A stretch of DNA of 59,977 nucleotides. Origin: a virus (Duplodnaviria; Caudoviricetes). A program made the position numbers and the translations under genes. Of this stretch, positions 46,570-56,868 are shown in pieces. The notes beneath the pieces are model-generated. The model was not told the origin of the DNA. It saw only the letters and a program-made list of their open reading frames with translations, and did not search any database. Positions within the stretch are counted from its first letter, which is position 1. Each line of letters opens with the position of its first letter. The DNA lies in the IMG/VR virus record IMGVR_UViG_3300047281_000067, positions 1 through 59,977 of that record; one strand, given 5' to 3'.

Positions 46570-47415
46570 ATGGCATCACATTCAAATTACTGGACTTGTT
46601 CAAAGTTCGCAGATTGGCTTCGCGGCACAAATAAACTAGGTGCCGGCACAAGCAAAGAATGGTACGATTGGGAAAAAGCTGCTAAAGACACCCATCCAAT
46701 CCGTTACTGGATCACTGAAGATGGCCTCGGCTACCTTCAAGATTTTGTCACTTATCCTATTAGGAAAATTTATGACCTCAAATATTACATTAACAACCGA
46801 TATGTCACTCGCACTCACTCTCTTACCGCTCACCCTCGCGATATTAAGCCAGGTCAGTGGCGCGATGTGGGCAATCGGTTCTTACCTTGTTTGTTTAATG
46901 AACTCGTTGATTTTATCGAAATTGAATCCGCGTGGAGTCACATTGCCTGGGGAGACAAAGAGGCAAGTGCGAAATACAATGCTCCGTTCTACGCAACCGG
47001 ATGGTTCCGCTGGCGCACATGGCGTTGCGCACAAGCAGGTTTAGATCATCTTGACTGGGCAATGGCATTGAAGTTTGGTGAAGACTTCGGCATTGGCAAA
47101 GATGATCCTAACTTTGGCAAGCCCACTGGACAAGCAGAACGCGCCAAAGAACTTAAAGAACTTTACATCTGGTGGACGCAAGTGTATCCTAATCGTCCTG
47201 ATCCATATGACGTAAGTGGTTGGAGTGCTATTTGCGATTCACGCCGAGAAACTCACAAAGAAGATGGCTTCATGTGGAATGACCGTACCCCTGCTGAAAA
47301 GAAAGAAACTCGTAAAGCCCTTGATCTGTCTACTAAGATCGAACGAGCATACGAAAAGGAAGATGAAATGATGATGATCAGACTGGTCAAGGCTCGTGAC
47401 TCTCTGTGGACTTGA
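46570..47415 (+). CDS. conserved phage hypothetical protein (Trp-rich)
   Basis: AAGGA RBS; ELYIWWT, C-terminal RLVKARDSLWT. Confidence 0.75.
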   Translation: MASHSNYWTCSKFADWLRGTNKLGAGTSKEWYDWEKAAKDTHPIRYWITEDGLGYLQDFVTYPIRKIYDLKYYINNRYVTRTHSLTAHPRDIKPGQWRDVGNRFLPCLFNELVDFIEIESAWSHIAWGDKEASAKYNAPFYATGWFRWRTWRCAQAGLDHLDWAMALKFGEDFGIGKDDPNFGKPTGQAERAKELKELYIWWTQVYPNRPDPYDVSGWSAICDSRRETHKEDGFMWNDRTPAEKKETRKALDLSTKIERAYEKEDEMMMIRLVKARDSLWT

Positions 47416-47416
47416 T

Positions 47417-47878
47417 ATGAAGAAAATCTTCTTTGAAAAAGTAAACGGCAAGTATGTGCCAATCTCTGAGTACGATAATGATTTCTCAGCAAGTCTTGGG
47501 TACGGAGATCATCTTTTATCAGTGTACAAGAATGGATCAAGTCGCCAGCCAGTTGTTCCGGCATTCGCTCCTATGATTGCTGCTGGCCGACACAGTAAAG
47601 ACGCAGTGACTAAATCTATCCAAGAGTCATTATCAATGCGACCTACAAGAGCACCTCTTACTAAAGGTCAACTTACTGCTTGGCGTAAGTTGACCAAGGA
47701 GTTCGGAGATGAAATCTATCTGCTAACTTGGCCCGCAGCACAAGACGCAGCAGACGCCGCAGTACTGGCAATGCAGGAAGAAGCAGACAAACTATTAACT
47801 GTCCCGGCAGTAAAAAACGCATACGACCATTTTATGATGATGTGTGCGCTAACTAAAGAAACTCAGGAGAATACATAA
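47417..47878 (+). CDS. hypothetical protein
   Basis: tightly packed ORF. Confidence 0.65.
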   Translation: MKKIFFEKVNGKYVPISEYDNDFSASLGYGDHLLSVYKNGSSRQPVVPAFAPMIAAGRHSKDAVTKSIQESLSMRPTRAPLTKGQLTAWRKLTKEFGDEIYLLTWPAAQDAADAAVLAMQEEADKLLTVPAVKNAYDHFMMMCALTKETQENT

Positions 47879-48102
47879 TGGTATCAGTATATACAGAAGT
47901 AGAAGTAGATGTTGATTTGTCTGACTTTGACACAGACGACCTAATTGAAGAATTAGAGTCACGCGGATCGTTGCCTATAGGAGGAAACTTTGATGCTAAG
48001 GAATTGTTAGAATCAATCTGGTTAAAGCGGCGTCTTGGCAATCACGATTATCAAACAGAGTTAGATGAATTAATCTGGACCGTACTTGGAAAGACCCTTT
48101 AA
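47878..48102 (+). CDS. hypothetical acidic protein
   Basis: GGAG RBS; coupled ORF. Confidence 0.65.
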   Translation: MVSVYTEVEVDVDLSDFDTDDLIEELESRGSLPIGGNFDAKELLESIWLKRRLGNHDYQTELDELIWTVLGKTL

Positions 48103-48558
48103 ATGAAAACACTAATCGCAAAGCCCGTAGTCAATAATCAATTTTGGATTGTCACAGATGGACATCAAAAAGTAGGTAATATTATTGCCTCTGGCTCAGA
48201 ATATGAAGTAAAGTTGAACGGTGAGAAAACTCATTTCAAGACTACAAAGTCCATTCAGAAAACAACTCATATTGAATTTCAGAAGAACCGCACTTCAGTA
48301 ACTGAAAAACAATTACCATTCGCTGCGTACCCAACTGATGGCACACCGTTCAATTCAATTCTGGATATTAAGCGCCGACTACACTTGTTCACTACCAGTG
48401 AAAAAAGTAAATGCTATCATGCTGCCGGATGGTTCGCGGTGAATCAAGGCTCTGAATACGAGCCAGTATTCTGTCCAAAGTATATCTTTATCCAACGATA
48501 TATGTATAAAGGTCCCTTTAAAACAGAAACAGAAGCGAAAAATATGATAAATACTTAA
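48103..48558 (+). CDS. hypothetical protein
   Basis: coupled ORF; FCPKY..GPFKT motif. Confidence 0.7.
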   Translation: MKTLIAKPVVNNQFWIVTDGHQKVGNIIASGSEYEVKLNGEKTHFKTTKSIQKTTHIEFQKNRTSVTEKQLPFAAYPTDGTPFNSILDIKRRLHLFTTSEKSKCYHAAGWFAVNQGSEYEPVFCPKYIFIQRYMYKGPFKTETEAKNMINT

Positions 48559-48761
48559 TGATACACATTAAGAGATTCATCGATAAAGTAGCGTATACTG
48601 AGGGTAAACAAAGCAAAGACCTTGTGATGCCACTCATAGAGGCCCGCGGGCTAAGGGATGAATTAAGTAAAATGCTAGCTGATAATATTCAATTAATGTC
48701 CGGTCAAACTAAAGCGGTAGAGTCCAAGCTGTCAGTAGAAATAGTCGGTGGCAAATTCTAA
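48558..48761 (+). CDS. hypothetical protein
   Basis: TAATG coupling. Confidence 0.6.
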   Translation: MIHIKRFIDKVAYTEGKQSKDLVMPLIEARGLRDELSKMLADNIQLMSGQTKAVESKLSVEIVGGKF

Positions 48762-49051
48762 TGTCAAGAACTCAACCCAAAGTTCTACTAGAGTTAGTAG
48801 ACAAAGTTACATATAAATGTGATCAAATCGTAGAAGCATCAGGAATCTGGGCAGTATTCTATGATGGACAACCTATCAATTTAAAATCTCAGCATTACTT
48901 GGATAGTGAATCTGTTCCTAAATATAAAAAGACTAGTTTCTCCAATCCCGGTCACGCACGAAATCTGTGTAGGAAATTGAATATACAATTTAAAACTACT
49001 AAGTTTACAGTGGTGTTTATGAACAACGGAATCTGCGTTTACCCAGACTAA
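48761..49051 (+). CDS. conserved phage hypothetical protein
   Basis: PKYKKTSFSNPGHA motif; TAATG coupling. Confidence 0.7.
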   Translation: MSRTQPKVLLELVDKVTYKCDQIVEASGIWAVFYDGQPINLKSQHYLDSESVPKYKKTSFSNPGHARNLCRKLNIQFKTTKFTVVFMNNGICVYPD

Positions 49052-49458
49052 TGACAGTGAAAAGAGTTATTACCACAGCGGTACTGGCTCAATTTCCTGA
49101 GCATTTAGCTATGGAATTGGATATTCCAATGGACCAGATTATATCTAAATGGTGGATGACAAACAGACAAGCAGGCTTGCGTTTAACTGATTCGGGCGAT
49201 CTGGCATTCAGAACTGCTTCCATTGAATTCTTTATGTGCCCGCTAGGTAAAACAGAACCCGGACGATACTATCCATTCTTAATCGAGGTTAACAAAAAAA
49301 TAAAGTGTCCGTATTATCTTGGGGTGAGCAAACAACCCGGAGAGAAAAACGAACCATTCATTCGCTTGTATGATAGTAAGATTGCCGTTATGATGAGTCT
49401 ATACGGTGATCTACATTCATACTTGGAATCAATTCCCGATGTTCGGGTAAAGAACTGA
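49051..49458 (+). CDS. hypothetical protein
   Basis: TAATG coupling. Confidence 0.65.
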   Translation: MTVKRVITTAVLAQFPEHLAMELDIPMDQIISKWWMTNRQAGLRLTDSGDLAFRTASIEFFMCPLGKTEPGRYYPFLIEVNKKIKCPYYLGVSKQPGEKNEPFIRLYDSKIAVMMSLYGDLHSYLESIPDVRVKN

Positions 49459-49555
49459 CACATTACCCAATGTGTGTCAACGAGATACAGTGCTATCGCG
49501 TTATATATAGAGAGAATAAAAATCTCACAAATTCATTAACTTAAAGGAAACTAAA

Positions 49556-49813
49556 ATGAAATCAGCAATCGTACTATTATCCGCAGTCTTCGCAGTATCA
49601 GCTTTCGCAGCAGATGCTCCTAAAGTAGTCGCTCCAGCCGCAGTTGTCGCCCCAGTCGCAGCAGCATCCGCTCCAGCAAAGTCTGAAGTCAAGTTGGCTA
49701 AGAAGAAAGATCATAGCAAGGACAAAAAGGCAACGCCTGCTAAAAGCGCAGCATCAGCACCCGTTGCTAAAGAAGCACCAAAGGTTGCTCCAGCAGCATC
49801 CGCAGCTAAGTAA
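49556..49813 (+). CDS. secreted Ala/Pro/Lys-rich low-complexity protein
   Basis: AAGGA RBS; signal peptide ending AFA. Confidence 0.7.
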   Translation: MKSAIVLLSAVFAVSAFAADAPKVVAPAAVVAPVAAASAPAKSEVKLAKKKDHSKDKKATPAKSAASAPVAKEAPKVAPAASAAK

Positions 49814-50069
49814 TTTAATTGACGATAACGACGACAGTATACCAAGTTCAGATGATCTGGCACTACATGTAGGATATGGTCGAGTTAAAGTCAAGCATCT
49901 TTTACAAGATGATTATGTTAAAACGAGACTTAAAGTTGCCCGAATGATAGCAATGGAAAAGTATCGTGAAGTGTGGGGATAAAGTAATCTATTATCCCCA
50001 CTTTCATAACATAAATACAATATCAGTTTCAAGGTCTGTAAAACTTGAATTACACACACAGGACACACA

Positions 50070-50255
50070 ATGTTAATTACTCCAATAATTGGATACGTCA
50101 AAAGCCTATTCCAATCACTAAACAAACCGCAAACTTACGGTTCAGCACTAGAAGCATATATTGTTTCAAACAATCCTCACGATGCCGGCGACATTGACCG
50201 TCTTACCCGCGAGTTTGATCAAAAACGTTCCTTCTCTAAAGGATGGATGGTATGA
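50070..50255 (+). CDS. small hypothetical protein
   Basis: LEAYIVSNNPHDAGDIDRLTREF. Confidence 0.6.
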   Translation: MLITPIIGYVKSLFQSLNKPQTYGSALEAYIVSNNPHDAGDIDRLTREFDQKRSFSKGWMV

Positions 50256-50355
50256 TTGTAAAAATATTAAACTCAATTTGGGAAGTTATGTTGACAATCG
50301 CAGAAGCAAAGTCGGCTAGATACAATCGTAATCCCACATCATTCTGGTATTGATA

Positions 50356-50910
50356 ATGTCTCATATTGTTCGCCGAGTACTTTTTAACGAGTACGAAAAA
50401 TACCGCACTCATTTGAAAGCACTTGACGCGGAAAGTAGACATTTACGCTTTGGCTTCACTGTCAAGGATGAAATACTAGATAAGTTGTGCGTTGGGTTTG
50501 AAGCAGACCACGAACACCACATTTTGTTTTGTATTGAGAATGACGCACTGGAGTTTATCGCAGTAGGACATATCGCTACTACCGACGGTATGGAACTGGC
50601 ATTCTCAGTTCTTAAAGAACACCAGAGCCAAGGCATGGGTGATTCACTAATGAAACGATGTATTCAATGGTGTCGTACTCATAACATTTTAAAAGGTTGT
50701 ATGGTTTGTCTAAGCCATAACAAAGCTATCAGACATTTGTGTACCAAGCATGGAATTCACTTTCATACTGAACACGGTGAAACGGAAGCTAACATTGAAT
50801 TAGACGCACCCGGATTTGATACTTTCATCAATGAAGGTATGGATAGCAATTTTGCTGTATTAGATTATATGGGTAAACGAAATCGTTTACCTTGGATCTT
50901 TACATCATAA
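50356..50910 (+). CDS. GNAT family N-acetyltransferase
   Basis: SRHLRFG, ELAFSV..EHQSQGMG, N..IRHLCTKHG. Confidence 0.85.
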   Translation: MSHIVRRVLFNEYEKYRTHLKALDAESRHLRFGFTVKDEILDKLCVGFEADHEHHILFCIENDALEFIAVGHIATTDGMELAFSVLKEHQSQGMGDSLMKRCIQWCRTHNILKGCMVCLSHNKAIRHLCTKHGIHFHTEHGETEANIELDAPGFDTFINEGMDSNFAVLDYMGKRNRLPWIFTS

Positions 50911-51369
50911 ATATACACTTAGGAGATAAGACATGCTATATTTTAAGAAACATCACAGTAAGCGAGATGGGCAATCATCTCTTGATTTATGATTAATGTT
51001 AATCATTTAGCTGAGGCGGCCATCGCTAGCGGAATTAAACGTGGTAAATTATCTACTTATATTTGGCACTTGTTATTTAGTATTAAACAAGCGATCTTGC
51101 TTATGATAATGTCTATCGCAAGTATAGTACACGGGTTCTTTCCCTTCTTATTTGATTTTTGGTTAATGAGAACATTCCTTAAAATGCTAGAGTCTCTTAA
51201 AAAGAATTTTCCTAATTACTTCAATCAATTACTACATGATAAAGAAACAGAAGTTAGCACTGAATTAAATAACACCCGGATTTGATACTTTCATCAATGA
51301 AGGTATGGATAGCAATTTTGCTGTATTAGATTATATGGGTAAACGAAATCGTTTACCTTGGATCTTTAC
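50807..51369 (+). repeat. 97 bp direct repeat (50807-50903 and 51273-51369)
   Basis: identical cacccggatttgatactttcatc...ccttggatctttac copies. Confidence 0.92.
50989..51285 (+). CDS. small membrane protein
   Basis: hydrophobic SIVHGFFPFLF segment. Confidence 0.6.
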   Translation: MINVNHLAEAAIASGIKRGKLSTYIWHLLFSIKQAILLMIMSIASIVHGFFPFLFDFWLMRTFLKMLESLKKNFPNYFNQLLHDKETEVSTELNNTRI

Positions 51370-51439
51370 TCCATAAACGCTGTACAATATCTTGAAATAG
51401 ATATATAATATACACTCACACACATAAAGAGGCAATTAA

Positions 51440-51763
51440 ATGACAAACGATTTCACAAAAACAGTTCAAGACACCATTAAACAAGCAACCCCGGAAGTTA
51501 AGTTTAATAAAAACGGATATGAGATCCGCGCAGACGTTCTGGGTATGGCTAAATCTATGGTAACCGAAGACTTTCAAGCTAAATTTGCAGGCTGGCAACT
51601 AACCGCTGCGAAGAATCACGAAGGACAATTGGTTACTTCAGTTAGTATGCCAGAATTTCCAGGACTTGACAAAGTGCTTGAAACAGCAGAGAAGATGTAT
51701 GAATTTGTCAACGGACAAAAGTTCCCATCATTCACTCCATCTTCGACTAAAAAGTCAAAGTAA
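51440..51763 (+). CDS. conserved phage hypothetical protein
   Basis: GAGG RBS; KNGYEIRADVL...AEKMYEFV. Confidence 0.7.
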   Translation: MTNDFTKTVQDTIKQATPEVKFNKNGYEIRADVLGMAKSMVTEDFQAKFAGWQLTAAKNHEGQLVTSVSMPEFPGLDKVLETAEKMYEFVNGQKFPSFTPSSTKKSK

Positions 51764-51782
51764 ACAGTTTTAACTGACATTG

Positions 51783-51805
51783 AAAGCCCCTTAATTGGGG
51801 CTTTC
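51783..51805 (+). terminator. stem-loop fused to a downstream early promoter (51812-51840)
   Basis: gaaagcccc-ttaatt-ggggctttc, then TTGACA-17-TATAAT. Confidence 0.7.
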
Positions 51806-51868
51806 CTACGGTTGACATTAAATCCAAAGTCTGTTATAATAACATCTTACACACAGAGAGCCTCTACT

Positions 51869-53368
51869 ATGAAAAATCTATTACTGGTATCATCACTCGC
51901 ACTAGCACTATCAGGCTGCGGAGGTGGCGGTGCGTCAGTCCCCGTCGTACCTGTTGTTCCAGTAGTGGTTGCTCCAGTTGCTTTATTCGCAACAACACCC
52001 CAACTTCTTCCGGACCTGAAGGCGAAATATGACGCACTTTGCGGAAATATTGTCCAAGTACAAAATGCTCTTTCAGTAAACTTAACTGGTCACACAGACG
52101 GGAAGAAAGATTTAGTATTCAATCTTTGGTGTGGACAAGTAACACGTGGCTTAATGGTCACTACCCCGACACTGAATGGAATGGTCGCGTTCGTCCAGCA
52201 AGTAGATGGAAGTTTCATTGATAGCACTAAAGAAATATTCGGCGTTGAAATGGTTGACTTGGGTGGGGTTGGTAATGATGCCGTAGTGTACGATTTCAAT
52301 AAAGATGGATATGAGGATATAGTTTGGGCAACTTCAAGTGAGGATGGCAGGTCTCTACCCATTGGATTTACTGGTAATAATGTTCAAAAAGTATTCATGA
52401 CATCTGCGGGCGATGGAAAATATTCTACTCAAAAACTTGGTGGACTCGCATATAACTATAAAGTTCATTTAATTGATAATGAACTTGGTGGAAAAGATTT
52501 AGCCAGCACATTTATCGGTTACGGCGGTCAGGCTGAAGTGTGGCGATATACAAACGGTTGGAGTAAGTTATCAGGATATGACTGGATTTCTAATTCTTTA
52601 AACGTTTTCTTTAAGAAAACATCAGCAATCGAAAATTCACGCATTGCTATATCTACTGCTTGGGCAGGAGTTGGTATTGAATTACATACTCGTTCAAGTA
52701 ATAATTCAGCCTGGCTAACTAGCTCATCTTGGTCATTCCCCGTTGTTCAAGATATTTCAATGATTGGTTGGAACACAGAATTGGGAGCTTCTAAACTTAT
52801 TACCGTAAGTGGGAAGGATTATGTTAATCCGAATTTTGAACTCGGATGTGAGCTTAAAAGAACACCAACTGAAAACTCAATTTCACTAATGATGCTGTTG
52901 GGGAATGAAGTTATTGGCGGCTATAAAGGCGGTGTGTTGACTGAAGGAGGAAGTAGTATGATTTCGGCTTCAAAGCTAATGGCATTTTCAGTAACAAACA
53001 ACTTACTAACAAATATCCCAATCTCAATCACTAATGAAGTAACCAACTTGAATGTGTTGAAGATGGCGTGCGAAGATTTGAATGGTGACGGATATGATGA
53101 CATTTTGATCACGTCACTTGGAAAAGGCGCTCTGCCTATTGTGTATCTTAATGATGGACTGGGTAATTTTAACTTAGTTGATACTTCAAAGCTGCCTGCG
53201 CCATCAACTGATTATTTTGATACGTCAATGAGTTATGTCGATATAACTGGTGATGGAATTCGTGATTTGCTTTACTGGCCTGTTAATAGACTCACTGGAA
53301 ATCCAAGTAAAGTTCAGTATCAACTATTCAAAGGATTGCGTACTGCTCTCGCAACTGATAAAAAGTAA
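51869..53368 (+). CDS. lipoprotein with FG-GAP/VCBS-like repeats
   Basis: lipobox LSGC; DFNKDGYEDI, DLNGDGYDDI, DITGDGIRDL repeats. Confidence 0.8.
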   Translation: MKNLLLVSSLALALSGCGGGGASVPVVPVVPVVVAPVALFATTPQLLPDLKAKYDALCGNIVQVQNALSVNLTGHTDGKKDLVFNLWCGQVTRGLMVTTPTLNGMVAFVQQVDGSFIDSTKEIFGVEMVDLGGVGNDAVVYDFNKDGYEDIVWATSSEDGRSLPIGFTGNNVQKVFMTSAGDGKYSTQKLGGLAYNYKVHLIDNELGGKDLASTFIGYGGQAEVWRYTNGWSKLSGYDWISNSLNVFFKKTSAIENSRIAISTAWAGVGIELHTRSSNNSAWLTSSSWSFPVVQDISMIGWNTELGASKLITVSGKDYVNPNFELGCELKRTPTENSISLMMLLGNEVIGGYKGGVLTEGGSSMISASKLMAFSVTNNLLTNIPISITNEVTNLNVLKMACEDLNGDGYDDILITSLGKGALPIVYLNDGLGNFNLVDTSKLPAPSTDYFDTSMSYVDITGDGIRDLLYWPVNRLTGNPSKVQYQLFKGLRTALATDKK

Positions 53369-53409
53369 TATCTTTTAGTAAGATGGCCCTGAAAGGGGCT
53401 TTCCTACGG

Positions 53410-53438
53410 TTGACATTAAATCATTTTGGGTGTATAAT
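53410..53438 (+). promoter_or_regulatory. early sigma70 promoter (same family at 54121, 56780, 58047)
   Basis: TTGACAttaaatc...TATAAT with 17 nt spacer. Confidence 0.85.
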
Positions 53439-53467
53439 AGACTCATATACAGACAACGGAGTTGAAA

Positions 53468-54124
53468 ATGGCAAAATATGTTAAACCTGTGATTTCGTAT
53501 TCCGCAGACACTGTTTGGGCTGCTGCTTGTGCTGCTCAAAGAGTGAATGGTTCTTACATCAAGTTCGCAGAAGTTGACCCACATGATTCTACTGCGAAGC
53601 TGGCTAATCGTACATTGATTGACAACATTCTAGCAGGCAATCAATTTGCCGTTGAAGTCACTGACGCTGACCGTGAAGCTGCGGCTGATGTTCGTAAATT
53701 CTTTCAAGCATACACATTCAAAATACTTCAAGGTGTTGTATTGGGTGAGTTTGATAGCAATGCAATGTCTATCAGCAACCGTGACATAATCACAACAAAT
53801 TATGAAATAGCTATTATAGCCTGTCTACCATCTAGTTATGAGCGCGGCACAGTTCGTGCTACAGTTGAACAACGTATTAAATTCGCACGAGGTGGATTTG
53901 TTGGAGTTCCTAACGACAAAGTGAAGTTGAGTGTTGAGGTGCTGAAATCTATCTTTAGTCAGACTTGGAATATCTTCTATATAACTGGTGTTACTGATGA
54001 TGATCAAATCGTCTTCTTTTGTCACAAGACTACACAAATAGTCGGCAGCAGACTCAATATCAGCGGAACAGTCAAGGCCCATCGTGACGACAGCACACAG
54101 TTAAACCGTGTAAAAATCGGTTGA
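53468..54124 (+). CDS. hypothetical protein with C-terminal OB-fold-like region
   Basis: GGAG RBS; ISGTVKAH...TQLNRVK. Confidence 0.65.
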   Translation: MAKYVKPVISYSADTVWAAACAAQRVNGSYIKFAEVDPHDSTAKLANRTLIDNILAGNQFAVEVTDADREAAADVRKFFQAYTFKILQGVVLGEFDSNAMSISNRDIITTNYEIAIIACLPSSYERGTVRATVEQRIKFARGGFVGVPNDKVKLSVEVLKSIFSQTWNIFYITGVTDDDQIVFFCHKTTQIVGSRLNISGTVKAHRDDSTQLNRVKIG

Positions 54125-54181
54125 CATTAAATCATTTTGGTGATATAATAGATACTTAATAAGTTATTAAAGGACATTGAA

Positions 54182-54406
54182 ATGACTAAGCAATTTGTAC
54201 AAGTTAGCGCCCGCAAAGACAGCAACAATTTTATGTGCTGTAGCAACCTGAGTTTGATGGAAAATGAGGGTCTGACTACCAAGCAGGCAGTGCGTAAATT
54301 GCAAGTTATGGCGGATGAGTATGCGCTGAATGGGTACAAAATTGAGTGGATTCGTGAAGATTTTGATGCCGCATACGAAGAAATGTTTGGAGAATTGTTC
54401 GTCTAA
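54182..54406 (+). CDS. hypothetical protein
   Basis: AAGGA RBS after a promoter. Confidence 0.65.
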   Translation: MTKQFVQVSARKDSNNFMCCSNLSLMENEGLTTKQAVRKLQVMADEYALNGYKIEWIREDFDAAYEEMFGELFV

Positions 54407-54645
54407 TTTAAAGAACTAATAGTATGAAAAACTTTCTAATTGGTACGGTGTTCGGTGTCATTCTTTCTACAGTAGGCTTTAGCGGCATTGCCCGTATGCT
54501 TGATAAAACACTAGAGCAAACTAAAACAATCGTGACCGAGCAAGCAAAGTAATGATGTGGTTTGTGGTTATCTGGTTGATCGTCATGGGTCAATTTATTT
54601 TCGCTATGATTTTAACTGTTTTTTTAATTTTAGGGGGTTACTGAT

Positions 54646-55077
54646 ATGGGACTTGATATGTACGCATACGTGGCTAACAAAGCCAATCAACGTAGTGAAT
54701 TTAATGATGGTGCTGAGTGGAACGCAGTTGAAAAAGAGTTTATTAATCCTAATGTATCCAATCCACGACAAATCGCTTACTGGCGCAAGCACCCCGATCT
54801 TCACGGTTACATGGAGCAACTGTGGCAGAAGAAAGGTATGCCAGGTACAGGCGATACCGATGCCGACTTCAACGGCATTGAACTTGAGTTAACTTGGGAA
54901 GACCTTGACGATCTTGAACGCGCCATCACACATAAGCAGCTTCCTCACACTGAAGGATTCTTCTTTGGCAAAAGCTATGATGACCGGGATAGTGTAGATC
55001 ATGATTTGAATTTCGTTGTTAATGCGAAGGCAGAAATCTTTCTTGGCTTCAAAGTGTTTTACAATTCAAGTTGGTAA
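54646..55077 (+). CDS. conserved phage hypothetical protein
   Basis: MGLDMY...YWRKHPDLHG...GFFFG...FYNSSW. Confidence 0.75.
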   Translation: MGLDMYAYVANKANQRSEFNDGAEWNAVEKEFINPNVSNPRQIAYWRKHPDLHGYMEQLWQKKGMPGTGDTDADFNGIELELTWEDLDDLERAITHKQLPHTEGFFFGKSYDDRDSVDHDLNFVVNAKAEIFLGFKVFYNSSW

Positions 55078-55078
55078 T

Positions 55079-55474
55079 ATGAATCTTACAAAGTACAGCA
55101 GAAACAAATTGTTGGGTACCTTCAAAACTTGGGACGTACCAAAGGATTTTGCTGATCCTATGTACAATTATCTTGTTCATGGTTATCACCCCGGTAGTTG
55201 TTTTACAAGTGTCCTGGCCAATGACTTTGCTGGCGCGATTGCCGGTAGTCATCCTAGCAACACCATTGAGGCATTTAAAGCTCTTGTCAGGTGGATGCTC
55301 GTTACTGTACCGTATACAGCGTACGGCAGTTATTCCGCAGTGAATAATTGGTGTGTTCTCAAATCAGTTCAGCGTCGAGCAATACTAGAAGAATTGGAAT
55401 TGATCTACACTGAAGAGCAAGAAATATGGTTGGTTCTAAAAGAAGAACCCACAACAGAACCGCACTTGTATTAA
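55079..55474 (+). CDS. hypothetical protein
   Basis: HGYHPGSCFTSVLANDF motif. Confidence 0.65.
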   Translation: MNLTKYSRNKLLGTFKTWDVPKDFADPMYNYLVHGYHPGSCFTSVLANDFAGAIAGSHPSNTIEAFKALVRWMLVTVPYTAYGSYSAVNNWCVLKSVQRRAILEELELIYTEEQEIWLVLKEEPTTEPHLY

Positions 55475-55486
55475 GGAAATATAAAA

Positions 55487-55819
55487 ATGAGCATTGGATA
55501 TAACACCTTACTGAAACTCCGCCGAGTCGAAGATAAAGCCAACCATATGGGATTTAGATTCGGACCAAGCCGGCCTAGGGCAATACCTGCTAGTGATGCT
55601 ATCACATTGTATCCTTGGCTGGACAAGCTACCTGAATACAGTCGTGATGCTGAACTATTCACGGGTAACCTTGATGAAGTAGATACATTTCTAATAGGTG
55701 TACAATGGAGCAACAACTATTTGAAAATGCTTCGTCTGGTCACTGACGAAAAAATTGAGCGTAAAGAGCAAGATGTGCGCAACCGACTGCTTGTTCAATT
55801 GTTAAAGGACTCCGCATAA
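55487..55819 (+). CDS. hypothetical protein
   Basis: AAGGA RBS. Confidence 0.65.
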   Translation: MSIGYNTLLKLRRVEDKANHMGFRFGPSRPRAIPASDAITLYPWLDKLPEYSRDAELFTGNLDEVDTFLIGVQWSNNYLKMLRLVTDEKIERKEQDVRNRLLVQLLKDSA

Positions 55820-56121
55820 TGGACGAAACATATGGCATGGCTGCTTACTTTAAAGCAAACAGATACATGGGAAAATACAATTTAGGTGACCGAGTGTTTG
55901 GTTATTGGAATAAAATCCCTTTTATGGGAAGTGTCGGAAACGACAGTGTAATCAATGAACAAGAAGGTCCTCGCGTTTCCATTCATCTTGACTTGCCCAT
56001 AAGAGTTGACGGCAAGATTAAAAATGTTATAATAGTAAAACCGAAAGACATCAAGCGACTTGTTGATGTCTTTCCCGAAGAACCCGTAATGAAAGCAAAT
56101 TTGAAAGTGAAGAAAAAATGA
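55819..56121 (+). CDS. hypothetical protein
   Basis: TAATG coupling. Confidence 0.65.
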   Translation: MDETYGMAAYFKANRYMGKYNLGDRVFGYWNKIPFMGSVGNDSVINEQEGPRVSIHLDLPIRVDGKIKNVIIVKPKDIKRLVDVFPEEPVMKANLKVKKK

Positions 56122-56687
56122 TTATTAAAGATTTTATGGAGACCATCGAGTACAAAATTACCGAAGGTGCGGAGTATTGCTGGCAATGCTATGGCTCTGA
56201 CGCCCGGACGATAGACAGTTGGAATGGTGAGTGGGACGAAACAGGGAATACAATCACCATGGTGTTCGATACCAAGACTCAAGTTGTCTATCAAATGGAA
56301 GCATGGGACTACAAACGCAACCGAGAGTATCGTTGGCTCAACCCTGACTTTAAAGCAGCATTCGAAGCCGAAAGTAAACAACGCGGCATTTCCCTAACTG
56401 AATCGCTCGACGACCGTAACTTCATTGATTTAGAAACTGAAGAAGATATTCTGGAAAAATCTCGTGCTATTGTGCGCGGCGAAGAGTATGATAATCGCGT
56501 TTCTGTTCCAATTACATTGACAGAAGCTGAAACGCTTGCGCTAATGTTAATGGCGCATGAACAAGATATCACGTTCAATCAGCTAATGGTCAATGTGCTA
56601 CAAGATGCTATTGACTTTCACAAGCCAGTAGAGATTAACACTCCTGATTCACATTGGGATAACGGCGGCTGGCCTGATCCGGTATGA
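56118..56687 (+). CDS. hypothetical protein with C-terminal ribbon-helix-helix-like segment
   Basis: LMAHEQDITFNQLMVNVL. Confidence 0.6.
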   Translation: MIIKDFMETIEYKITEGAEYCWQCYGSDARTIDSWNGEWDETGNTITMVFDTKTQVVYQMEAWDYKRNREYRWLNPDFKAAFEAESKQRGISLTESLDDRNFIDLETEEDILEKSRAIVRGEEYDNRVSVPITLTEAETLALMLMAHEQDITFNQLMVNVLQDAIDFHKPVEINTPDSHWDNGGWPDPV

Positions 56688-56868
56688 TTAGGGTATTTTT
56701 AGCATTTGTATTATTGACAGTTGTATTTGGATTTGGTATATCTTGGTTCAGAACATTGTCAGGAAAAGAAGTATGGGGCTTGACAAAATCAGTGACCTAT
56801 GCTATAATGTGTTCAATACTTTCACTAATGGTGTTAGTTGGTTTAGTAATTTTATTTTAAGGAAACAT

